Assembly: GCA_000996695.1 (NCBI GenBank)
Contig: LCAT01000022.1
Span: forward strand, 1-16,816
Reading direction: 5' to 3'
DNA: 16,816 bases
Source of the DNA: a candidate division TM6 bacterium GW2011_GWE2_41_16
GTDB lineage: Bacteria; Babelota; Babeliae; Babelales; Babelaceae
Shown here: positions 7,917 to 15,545 of the stretch, piece by piece
How positions within the stretch are numbered: the first letter of the stretch is position 1
Layout: each line of letters begins with the position of its first letter
Position numbers and translations under genes: made by a program
The notes under the pieces: generated by a model
What the model saw: only the letters and a program-made list of their open reading frames with translations
What the model was told of the DNA's origin: nothing
Databases searched by the model: none

Positions 7917-8819
7917 ATGGACTTACTACTCGCTATCGTTGCCGGTATCGCAATTTTTATGATTCTCGTCTTTTTGTTTAACTTAAAAATTGTGGAACAA
8001 AACACCGTTTTGGTTATAGAATTCTTGGGAAAATTCAACCGCATTATGGAAGCTGGGCTTAATTTTAAGATACCGTTCCTTGAACGCGTTGCTGAACAAG
8101 TTTCTCTACGATCACAAAACTTTGCGCTCAAGGGTCATTATCCATCACAGGATAAAGTAATCGTGAATGTAGCAACCAACCTGATTTTTACGGTTAATCC
8201 TTCAATAGAAGGAATCAAAAAACACGCGTATGCCCTGCTTAACCGCCAAGACTCAATCGGCGCTGTTATAGAAAACTCACTGAGAACCTATATCGCTAAA
8301 GAAACGCATGAGGGCATCCTTGAGAAAAAGGAAGAGCTCGCGATGCATATACGCTCGGACATGGAAAAACAGTTTGATGAATGGGGTATGAAGATTATGA
8401 GCTTTCAGATAACTCAGGTCGACTTTCCACAAACGATTACCAACGCCATGTCAGAGGTTGTCGCATCACAACAGTTACGCAAAGCTGCAGAGAACAAAGG
8501 GGAAGCCTTTAAAATTCAGGCAATCAAAGAAGCTGAAGCTGAAAAAGAACGTAAAAAACTACAAGGCGAGGGTATCGCACTTGAACGTGAAGCGATTGCA
8601 CGTGGACTTCGTGAATCAGTAGAAATGCTTCAGGGCGCCACGCATCAAAGTTCCGAACAGATATTATCCATTCTTACCCTTACCCAATACCTTGATACGA
8701 TGAAAGGTATCGGCTCAGCAAATAACTCAAAAGTGATTTTTATTGACTCAAGTGTTGGCAAAACATCTGAGCTCATGCAGCAACTTATGAGTGCCATGGA
8801 ATCAAAAACACAAAAGTAA
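7917..8819 (+). CDS. SPFH/band-7 (stomatin-like, QmcA-type) membrane protein.
   Basis: 300 aa with an N-terminal TM helix (LLLAIVAGIAIFMILVFLF), an SPFH core, an Ala/Glu/Lys-rich coiled coil (KEAEAEKERKKLQGEGIALEREAIARGL) and a C-terminus (GSANNSKVIFIDSS...) that resembles E. coli QmcA. The Shine-Dalgarno is AGGAGA. Confidence 0.85.
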   Translation: MDLLLAIVAGIAIFMILVFLFNLKIVEQNTVLVIEFLGKFNRIMEAGLNFKIPFLERVAEQVSLRSQNFALKGHYPSQDKVIVNVATNLIFTVNPSIEGIKKHAYALLNRQDSIGAVIENSLRTYIAKETHEGILEKKEELAMHIRSDMEKQFDEWGMKIMSFQITQVDFPQTITNAMSEVVASQQLRKAAENKGEAFKIQAIKEAEAEKERKKLQGEGIALEREAIARGLRESVEMLQGATHQSSEQILSILTLTQYLDTMKGIGSANNSKVIFIDSSVGKTSELMQQLMSAMESKTQK

Positions 8820-8843
8820 ATACACTCTTAATTCATGCATACT

Positions 8844-8973
8844 ATGGCAAAAGCCATGGTGCGTCTTTGAGGACCGCACTATTTTAGGCCCGCTCAAAAG
8901 TATCTTTTGTTTGTGTGATTAAATCACACTATTCATGATCACGAGTGTGCATAGCTTAGTGGGCTTCGCTATA
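8844..8973 (+). repeat. Copy B of the GC-rich structured intergenic repeat element (~130 bp).
   Basis: See copy A. The same two conserved blocks are present (8844-8865 and 8872-8901). Copy B has its own extra hairpin GTGTGAT-taa-ATCACAC and a 3' hairpin ATAGC...GCTAT. The short ORF starting at the element's ATG is not conserved between copies (35 aa in copy A, 8 aa in copy B), so the element is not protein-coding. Confidence 0.8.
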
Positions 8974-9077
8974 AAAAGGCGTTTACCATAATTATTTTAA
9001 AACTATTGCTTATTTGTCTTTATTTGTAATAAAATAAATAATTGACAATATAAACAAACAATATAAAGGAGGTTTCT

Positions 9078-9464
9078 ATGAAAGGTCAAAATTTGTTGCT
9101 TCTGCTGCTTTGTACATGTGCAGTCCCTCAGATCATTGGGATGGAACGAGTTTCTGCGAAAACTGGTAATAAAACAGCACCAGAAAAACATTTAAAGGAA
9201 AAAGACAAAATTGAGATGGAGGCATTGGCGGCTCGTTGGGGAAAAATGGAAGAAATTACACCTGAACAAGGAGAGAAAGCAATGCAAGACCTCAATGATA
9301 TGTTCGAAAACATGAATCAAGAATTAGAATATCGGCAGAGCATGACGGCCTACACAAGTGAAGGCATGCCTTTTCAAACAAAATACACACCTGAACAAAG
9401 AGAGAAAGATCTTACTGCCATGTTAAAAAAAATGTCTCAAAATCCACAAAGGGCCAAAAAATAA
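9078..9464 (+). CDS. Small secreted hypothetical protein with internal TPEQ-x-EK repeats.
   Basis: 128 aa. A strong Shine-Dalgarno AAGGAGG lies 7 nt upstream. The N-terminus MKGQNLLLLLLCTCAVPQIIG is signal-peptide-like. The protein is charged and Glu/Lys/Met-rich, with two repeat units (ITPEQGEKAMQDLNDMFENM and YTPEQREKDLTAMLKKM). It converges on the ABC gene, with 12 bp between their stops. Confidence 0.7.
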   Translation: MKGQNLLLLLLCTCAVPQIIGMERVSAKTGNKTAPEKHLKEKDKIEMEALAARWGKMEEITPEQGEKAMQDLNDMFENMNQELEYRQSMTAYTSEGMPFQTKYTPEQREKDLTAMLKKMSQNPQRAKK

Positions 9465-9476
9465 CGTCAAAATCAT

Positions 9477-11237
9477 TTACGCCTCGCTTTGCTGCTGTTT
9501 CCACAAGAACGCATAATACCCATCTTGAGACAGCAGCTGCGAGTGCGAGCCCTGTTCAAGAATTTTGCCCTTATCGAGCACGATAATGCGATCGGCATGT
9601 GCAACTGTTGTTAACCTATGGGCAATGATAAGCGTAGTTAAGTCTTCAGAGAGCACGCGCAAATTATGACTAATCTCACGCTGAGTATATGCATCAAGCG
9701 CTGAGGTTGGTTCGTCAAAAATATAAATTTGTGGTTTTTTAAGGAACACGCGCGCTAGGGCAATACGTTGCTTTTCGCCACCCGAAAGGGCAAGACCACG
9801 GGTGCCAACCATCGTTTGATAACCATCTGGCAAGCTTGTAATAAAGTCTTTTAAATGCGCAAAACGAACGGCATTCTCAACGTCCTGCTCGGTTGCGTCT
9901 TGATGTCCATATACAATGTTATCGTAGATCGACATATCAAAAAGCGTTACATCTTGAGGCAAGATACCAATGGATGCGCGCAGAGAATCCTGTTTTATAT
10001 TTCTGACGTCTTCACCATCAATAAACACTGCGCCCGAGCTTACATCGTAAAAACGAAACAACAGTCGCGCAATGGTTGACTTACCAGAACCGGTTGAGCC
10101 CACAATGGCAAGAGTTTGACCAGCGGGAAGCTCGAACGAAATGTCATGGAGCACTTTACGTTGTTCTTCATACGCAAAAGAAACATTACGAAACTCGATT
10201 GTGGGAGATTTTTTCACCACAGGCAATGCCATCGGTCTATCTATAACTTCTGGGGATATGCTCATAAGATCGAACACATACTCCATGTCCACAAACCCTT
10301 CGCGAATTTTGCGCACCATGTACGGAAAATTGTTCGCAAGTGAATCAAGCGACTGAGTAAAATAAGTGTGAATAGCAACAAAACCACCAATGTCTAAATC
10401 ACCCCAAACAACCTTATAAGCGAGAAATAGCGTAAAAAGAAAAAGGCTTATACCCATAACCAGACCACCGCCACCGTACACCCCAACAAAACTAAAAATC
10501 CACCGGCGACTTGCAGCGCGTTCGCGATTTTCCAAAAGTTTGTCACACAAAGCATGCTCATAGCGATGTGATGAAAAATATTTAACCGTTTCAAAGTTTG
10601 AAAGACTCTCAACTATCCATGCACTGGTTTTATTATGTACGTCATTAAATGTACGCTGATACGTCGTCGATTTTTCTACTGCCAATAAAATGTAAACGCA
10701 GTATGCAAGGGACGCTGAGACAAGCATTGCAGCATATGTCCAACCATATAAACGTCCAAATACTATTCCGGCAGAAAATAGTTCTATCACCGTAGGTATC
10801 ACATACAAGCCCATAGCCCAAAAGAGTTCTGGTAAAGCGTTCTGAGCACGGTTAATAGCCGACAGTACCGCACCGGTTTTGATGCTTAAGTGAAACTTAA
10901 GAGACAAAGTATGCAGATGATCAAACAAATCAAGGCTTAATCGTCTCACTGCCCGCTCAAGAACACGAAATATAATCGCGTCCTTAACCTGAACAATCAC
11001 TGCGCCGATAGTCCAAAATATTCCGTATCCCCCTATGATCAAGGGTACAAGGACTGAGACGTGCTGAGAGCTCATGCTCTTAACCGCATATCCGAATAAA
11101 AGCGGTGTTATAATATTAAGAGCAATGCCACAAAACACTAAAACTACCGCGGTTACCAGACGCAAACGCAAACGCCAGCCGTTATTCCACACGTAGGGAA
11201 GAAGCGTCTTAAGGACTGACCAACTCGATCTACTCAT
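9477..11237 (-). CDS. ABC exporter half-transporter (TMD-NBD fusion), Atm1/HMT1-like type I exporter.
   Basis: 586 aa. It has six predicted TM segments, then Walker A GSTGSGKST, Q-loop, ABC signature LSGGEKQRIALAR, Walker B IYIFDEPTSALD and H-loop IIAHRL. The N-terminus LKTLLPYVWNNGWRLRLRLV resembles the Atm1/ABCB7-family leader motif. It lies 19 bp downstream of its paralog, in the same operon. Confidence 0.9.
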   Translation of the reverse strand: MSRSSWSVLKTLLPYVWNNGWRLRLRLVTAVVLVFCGIALNIITPLLFGYAVKSMSSQHVSVLVPLIIGGYGIFWTIGAVIVQVKDAIIFRVLERAVRRLSLDLFDHLHTLSLKFHLSIKTGAVLSAINRAQNALPELFWAMGLYVIPTVIELFSAGIVFGRLYGWTYAAMLVSASLAYCVYILLAVEKSTTYQRTFNDVHNKTSAWIVESLSNFETVKYFSSHRYEHALCDKLLENRERAASRRWIFSFVGVYGGGGLVMGISLFLFTLFLAYKVVWGDLDIGGFVAIHTYFTQSLDSLANNFPYMVRKIREGFVDMEYVFDLMSISPEVIDRPMALPVVKKSPTIEFRNVSFAYEEQRKVLHDISFELPAGQTLAIVGSTGSGKSTIARLLFRFYDVSSGAVFIDGEDVRNIKQDSLRASIGILPQDVTLFDMSIYDNIVYGHQDATEQDVENAVRFAHLKDFITSLPDGYQTMVGTRGLALSGGEKQRIALARVFLKKPQIYIFDEPTSALDAYTQREISHNLRVLSEDLTTLIIAHRLTTVAHADRIIVLDKGKILEQGSHSQLLSQDGYYAFLWKQQQSEA

Positions 11238-11256
11238 ATATACTAATATTCTTCCA

Positions 11257-13017
11257 TTATTTTTTTCTTACTTTGCTCTGCTGAGCCCACAAACGGGCAT
11301 ACATGCCGTCAAGAGCAATAAGCTCTTCGTGGGTTCCTTGCTCAGCGACCTTGCCCTTATCAAGAACAATAATGTTATCAGCATGAATCACCGTTGATAA
11401 CCGGTGAGCAATAATTATGGTCGTTTTAAGTTGCGATATTTCTTCAAGACTTTTTTGAATCTCTTTTTCGGTTTTTGTATCAAGAGCCGAGGTGGCCTCA
11501 TCAAAAATATAAATTGCAGGCTGTTTGAGCAACACGCGCGCAATACCTATACGTTGTCGCTCGCCTCCAGAAATTTTTGCGCCACGCTCACCCATCATCG
11601 TAAGATATCCATCGGGCAATCGTTCAATTAAATCTTTAAGTTGAGCCATCTGAACAACTTTTGCCAAATCTTCTTTGGATGCTTCAGGACGAGCATACAT
11701 AATATTTTCAAGCAACGTAGTATTAAATAATACCGTGTCCTGAGGAATTATGCCTATCATCCTTTGCAAAGATTTTTGGGTTACCATTTTTATATCAATA
11801 TTGTCGATTTTTATCACACCACTGGTGATGTCATAAAAACGATAGAGCAATCTGCCGATTGTCGTTTTTCCCGATCCTGTTGCACCAACAAATGCAACCG
11901 TTTGCCCAGATTTTACCTCAAAGGTCACCTCATCTAAAATGATTCGGCGCTTATCATATGCAAAGGTTACATGATCAAATATGATCGAAGGGTTGTTTAC
12001 CCATAAATCCAAGGCTCCTGATGCATCAACTATTTCGGGTTTTTGATCAAGCAACTCAAAAACGTGTTGCAAATCAATAAGCCCCTCACGCGCTTTACGC
12101 AATGTATATCCAAAATAAGCGAGAGGAAGAACAAATTGTAACAAGTAACTGTTTATGGTTACAAAATCACTCACCGTTTGTGCATTAGTAAAAACCATTT
12201 TACCTGATAAATACGTAAGCAGTATAAGCCCGCAACCTATAAGAATAAACTGACCTATCTGTACATACTCGCTTCTCAACCATCGTTGAGTTGCGGCATT
12301 CTCTTCTTGAGCGAGTAATTTATCACATTGCTCAAATTCATAATCATGATTTGCAAAGTATTTTGTTGTTTCATAATTAATAAGACTATCAACAATACGC
12401 GCACTCGTTTTTTTTCGTATTTCGTTATACTCCTGCTGTGCCTTTGTTGACCAAGTTATCGCAAAATAACTAAAAGCAGCATAGCTCGCAAGAATTGATA
12501 AAAGTAACACACCATACACTGCACCATACAAATACCACAAAACACACGCTGAAATAATAATTTCTGCAGTAGTTGGTCCAATCATCAAAAAAAGTCCCCA
12601 AAAAATATCAGGCAATGCGTGTTGTGCACGATCAAGAGCACTGATGATCGCGCCCGTTGATTTTTCAGTATGAAACCGTTGCGAAAGCGTATGAAGGTGT
12701 TTAAAAAGGTTTCCAGTTAATAAACGAGCTCCACGGTTCAGCAAACGAAAAAGTACTATTTCGCGAAATGATGCCATAACCTGACTTAATGTCCATATAG
12801 TACCATATGCTAATAAAGCCACGAATACCAAAGCCCATGGTTGTTTAGTAGATAGCATTGCAATAGCATGCCGTAATACCAGAGGAATGGAGACATTCAA
12901 AAACAAACTCATTGCCACGAATATCAAACCAAAAACAAGCCGCACACGCAGCTTCCAATCGTTTCCCCATAAAAATGGCACAACACGTCGCAATGTTTGC
13001 ATCGTGGTCATACCCAT
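11257..13017 (-). CDS. ABC exporter half-transporter (TMD-NBD fusion), paralog of 9477..11237.
   Basis: The ORF-track start at 13086 is a TTG with no Shine-Dalgarno. The ATG at 13017 is preceded by GGAAAGG at a 5-nt spacing and gives 586 aa, the same length as the paralog, beginning MGMTTMQTLRRVVPFLWGNDWKLRVRLV. Motifs are Walker A GATGSGKTT, signature ISGGERQRIGIAR, Walker B IYIFDEATSALD and H-loop IIAHRL. Confidence 0.9.
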   Translation of the reverse strand: MGMTTMQTLRRVVPFLWGNDWKLRVRLVFGLIFVAMSLFLNVSIPLVLRHAIAMLSTKQPWALVFVALLAYGTIWTLSQVMASFREIVLFRLLNRGARLLTGNLFKHLHTLSQRFHTEKSTGAIISALDRAQHALPDIFWGLFLMIGPTTAEIIISACVLWYLYGAVYGVLLLSILASYAAFSYFAITWSTKAQQEYNEIRKKTSARIVDSLINYETTKYFANHDYEFEQCDKLLAQEENAATQRWLRSEYVQIGQFILIGCGLILLTYLSGKMVFTNAQTVSDFVTINSYLLQFVLPLAYFGYTLRKAREGLIDLQHVFELLDQKPEIVDASGALDLWVNNPSIIFDHVTFAYDKRRIILDEVTFEVKSGQTVAFVGATGSGKTTIGRLLYRFYDITSGVIKIDNIDIKMVTQKSLQRMIGIIPQDTVLFNTTLLENIMYARPEASKEDLAKVVQMAQLKDLIERLPDGYLTMMGERGAKISGGERQRIGIARVLLKQPAIYIFDEATSALDTKTEKEIQKSLEEISQLKTTIIIAHRLSTVIHADNIIVLDKGKVAEQGTHEELIALDGMYARLWAQQSKVRKK

Positions 13018-13347
13018 AAGAACCTTTCCATTCGTTGTCAAAAGCTCAAAAAAATCAAAACATTTAGCATAGCCCATTGAGACCAAATGTAAAAATAAAC
13101 ATTGTGCTGATGCTGCTTAAACACGCATGTTCACTTTAGTACGTCAAGATCCCATCATATAATGGTGTTTGCCATACAAAGAATATAATAAACAACCATA
13201 ATAAAGAAAGGGCTATGTGCTTAACAATAATACTACACCATGAAATTAAAAACTTTTGTTTTTTCATTTTTCATAAAAAAAAGCCTAAAAGAAAATTTAA
13301 AAAAGGACATTATTCGATATCTCTGTGCCTCTTGAAAATTTGAGTTA

Positions 13348-13374
13348 TACTAGTGAAAGTATCTCTGTACTAGT
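13348..13374 (+). promoter_or_regulatory. Candidate operator in the hspR-like promoter region: two copies of TACTAGT 20 bp apart (each contains the palindrome ACTAGT).
   Basis: TACTAGT occurs at 13348-13354 and 13368-13374, and each copy is followed by GAAAG. A partial HAIR-like half site TTTGAGT sits at 13339-13345. The region lies 25-50 bp upstream of the MerR/HspR-family gene start. I could not place a clear -35/-10 pair. Confidence 0.25.
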
Positions 13375-13399
13375 AATATTTTTTTGAAAGCGCCTCTGC

Positions 13400-13807
13400 A
13401 TGCGAAGAAAAAAGGGTTATTTTTCGATCTCCGCAGTAGCTAAAATGTTTTCGATACATCAACAAACAATACGTTTGTATGAAAAAGAAGGGCTCATCAA
13501 TCCCAAACGTTCAGAGGGTAACACGCGCCTTTTTTCGGAAGAAGACATTGAACGACTCGAAGAAATAATCCATCTAACCCACAAAATGGGTATCAATATC
13601 GCAGGCGTTGAGATGATTCTGCGCTTGCAACGCCAGGTACAAAAGCTTCAAAAAGAAATGAACACAATGTTTGAATCGATCAACAAAGACTTAGCTCAAC
13701 AAAATGCCGAAGCTCAAAAAATGGCGCATGATACGGCAAAAAAAATATCGCAGTTCAAAATAACACCGCTTCTTCCTGCTGTGCATAAACAAAAAAAAAC
13801 TACTTAA
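13400..13807 (+). CDS. hspR: MerR-family transcriptional regulator, HspR-like (heat-shock repressor type).
   Basis: 135 aa. The N-terminal HTH region FSISAVAKMFSIHQQTIRLYEKEGLINPKRSEGNTRLFSEEDIERLEEIIHLTHKMGINIAGVEMILRL closely follows the HspR pattern (YSISVAA...HPQTLR.YE..GL..P.R...R.YS..D.E.L..I..LT...GVNLAGV..VLEL), including the Helicobacter HspR as I recall it. The C-terminal part is coiled-coil. Confidence 0.75.
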   Translation: MRRKKGYFSISAVAKMFSIHQQTIRLYEKEGLINPKRSEGNTRLFSEEDIERLEEIIHLTHKMGINIAGVEMILRLQRQVQKLQKEMNTMFESINKDLAQQNAEAQKMAHDTAKKISQFKITPLLPAVHKQKKTT

Positions 13808-13816
13808 AAGGACCGT

Positions 13817-14263
13817 ATGTCACAAAAAAAAGTCACCTTGGACTCTGAAAACGTTTCAATAACTGAAGAAACCTTGCAAACTATCGAATGGCTCGTTGAG
13901 TACGATCAAGAAATACTTAAAGCGCTTCTGTTACGTACATATCAAAAACGTTGCGCCTATGAAATTAACCAAATGCAGCAACTTGATCCTCAAGAAACTG
14001 TTTTAAAATTGCTCTCACTCGTCGATATACTGCACCAAGAAATTATTGAGGAATCCGCTGCTCAACATGTTTTGCAGAATGCATTGATACCAACCATAAA
14101 ACAACTCGATACCAGCTCGTTCGGTAAAAAAACCGTCGAACAAAGTACACACAAGGCCCTCACCAAAAAAACAAAGATGTTGTCCAAAGAGAACAAAAAA
14201 GCGATCCTTTGCCGTGAACTTTTACGTCGCTGGAAACCCACAAAAAAACAATCGCCCCATTAA
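13817..14263 (+). CDS. Hypothetical protein co-transcribed with the hspR-like gene.
   Basis: 148 aa. The Shine-Dalgarno AAAGGA sits 5 nt upstream, and the start is 9 nt after the hspR stop. It has an acidic N-terminal half and a strongly basic C-terminal tail (KKTKMLSKENKKAILCRELLRRWKPTKKQ). I recognised no family. Confidence 0.6.
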   Translation: MSQKKVTLDSENVSITEETLQTIEWLVEYDQEILKALLLRTYQKRCAYEINQMQQLDPQETVLKLLSLVDILHQEIIEESAAQHVLQNALIPTIKQLDTSSFGKKTVEQSTHKALTKKTKMLSKENKKAILCRELLRRWKPTKKQSPH

Positions 14264-14412
14264 TCTCTTTCATTCAAGCTCAGGCAAACTTTTTCCCTGA
14301 AAAATCTTCTTGTTATTTCTTTTTTATATTTTTATTGCAAAATGGAAATAAAAAAAAGTATGCTCAAGGCATAACAGGATACAAGATTTGATTCTTTTAG
14401 GGGGAGAAAGTT

Positions 14413-14628
14413 ATGAAACGTTTACTCGTAACGGTTGTTGCGGCCTGCTTGTTCATCAATCTGTATCTCACGTACTCTATTCAGACGGGCAAAAAGACTA
14501 CCGATGCCACGCAAAATATGGCAACAAACATGCAGCAGTACCGGGATAAAATTGCAGCGGAATTTATGATCGATACAACGATAGCTCAATCAAAAAAGCC
14601 TAACGCATCCAGTGCGTCTTTTAGTTGA
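14413..14628 (+). CDS. Small membrane/secreted protein (71 aa) whose 3' end overlaps the 3' end of the convergent maf gene.
   Basis: A very strong Shine-Dalgarno GGGGAGAAAG lies 4-5 nt upstream of the ATG. The N-terminus MKRLLVTVVAACLFINLYLTYSIQ is hydrophobic (TM or signal-like). The last 43 nt overlap the maf paralog 1 coding end on the opposite strand. Confidence 0.55.
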   Translation: MKRLLVTVVAACLFINLYLTYSIQTGKKTTDATQNMATNMQQYRDKIAAEFMIDTTIAQSKKPNASSASFS

Positions 14629-15326
14629 TGCAATGGCAGACCAATAAGTGTTGAACAAGCTCCTCGTATATCACGCACAAACAAAACTCCAGGTCCCTCC
14701 ATTGTCATAGCACCCGCAGATACAAGTGCTACAGGATTGGCCATAAGGTACGTATCAATCATTGCGTCAGGTATATTAATAACACACCATGAGCTATCGA
14801 CAGAAACATAACGCCCGCCAACACATTCCCAACATTTTTTTTCAGAGCAATACCGACGTCGTTCCACGCAAAAACCTGAGTGCGCATATAACCCTGGACG
14901 CATGCATTTAATTTTTGCAACAGCATCAGCATAATCGAGAGGCTTGCCATGCACCTGACCGTACATATCTTCGAGCATTGAGTCAGCCGTTACCACATAA
15001 ATGCCATGTGAGAGTTCCTGCGCCGAAACATCTTTTATATCGGGCATAACAACACAATCCATTTTGGCGTTTGCAATAAGCTTCACAAGAGTCTTTGGAT
15101 TATTGTCTGGCACAGAAAGACTGCGCTCGTCACATGTTTGGTCCAAAACCACAACCTCAAAACAAGCATCATGCAAAAGCTTTAAACGCGCTTTTGATCC
15201 GGAGGCTAAAAAAATACGGTGTTTATATACTTTTACTGGCGGCACAGGAAACCTTTCTTGACCAAATAAAGGGCACATAAGTATTGGAACAAGAACTAAA
15301 AAAACACGCTCTACATATTTTGCCAT
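14586..15326 (-). CDS. maf: Maf-like nucleoside triphosphate pyrophosphatase, paralog 1, with a 31-aa N-terminal signal-peptide-like extension.
   Basis: 246 aa. The Maf motifs are IFLASGSKARLKLL...FEVVVLDQ..DE, TADSML..GQVHGKP and AMTMEGPG...IRGACSTLIGLPL. In this copy the ATG found in paralog 2 is replaced (GTAAAAGTATAT here, ATGTCGGTATAT in paralog 2), and the ORF extends to an upstream ATG at 15326 (Shine-Dalgarno-like GTGGGG). That extension encodes MAKYVERVFLVLVPILMCPLFGQE. An alternative internal GTG start at 15238 follows an AGAAAGG Shine-Dalgarno. Confidence 0.8.
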   Translation of the reverse strand: MAKYVERVFLVLVPILMCPLFGQERFPVPPVKVYKHRIFLASGSKARLKLLHDACFEVVVLDQTCDERSLSVPDNNPKTLVKLIANAKMDCVVMPDIKDVSAQELSHGIYVVTADSMLEDMYGQVHGKPLDYADAVAKIKCMRPGLYAHSGFCVERRRYCSEKKCWECVGGRYVSVDSSWCVINIPDAMIDTYLMANPVALVSAGAMTMEGPGVLFVRDIRGACSTLIGLPLHQLKDALDALGFFD

Positions 15327-15391
15327 ATAAACCCCACTCTTTTATTTTTTCCTAAAACCTTTTCAAAACTACATGCTCAATCAAAAAAACC

Positions 15392-15545
15392 TGCGGAATT
15401 TATGATCGATACAACGATAACTCAATCAAAAAAGCCTACGGCATCAAGTGCGTCTTTTAGTTGATGCAATGGCAGACCAATAAGTGTTGAGTAAGCACCG
15501 CGTATTTCACGCACAAACAAACCTCCAGGTCCTTCCATCGCCATG
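15392..15545 (+). repeat. Near-identical block of the tandem maf duplication. This second copy corresponds to 14553..14706.
   Basis: My hand alignment gives about 101/105 nt identical in the first ~105 nt, then about 80% in the next 50 nt, and about 65-70% over the rest of the coding region. The block covers the last ~40 codons of Maf, its stop, and ~40 nt of 3' flank. In copy 1 that flank is the C-terminal coding region of the small ORF 14413..14628. Confidence 0.85.

Noticed and set aside
9078-9140. A lipoprotein lipobox in the 9078 product (LLLLCTC).
   Set aside because: The residues preceding the Cys (L-L-L) do not fit the [LVI][ASTVI][GAS]C lipobox, so a plain Sec signal peptide is more likely.
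9855-12000. Plus-strand ORFs 9855..10079, 10116..10343, 10141..10356, 11404..11631 and 12887..13072.
   Set aside because: They are antisense to the two ABC exporter genes, which carry complete Walker A/B, signature and H-loop motifs.
13240-13335. A 31-codon ORF (MKLKTFVFSFFIKKSLKENLKKDIIRYLCAS) in the ABC/hspR divergent intergenic region.
   Set aside because: There is no Shine-Dalgarno and the composition is AT-driven. It is likely a chance ORF in promoter DNA.
14759-15280. ORFs 14759..14950 (minus strand), 15001..15261 and 15095..15280 (plus strand).
   Set aside because: They lie inside, or antisense to, maf paralog 1, and show no independent signals.
15402-15466. A 20-codon remnant (MIDTTITQSKKPTASSASFS) duplicating the C-terminus of the small ORF 14413..14628.
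   Set aside because: It has only an internal ATG with no Shine-Dalgarno, and the upstream frame is closed by a TAA at 15297. It is a by-product of the maf duplication, not a gene.
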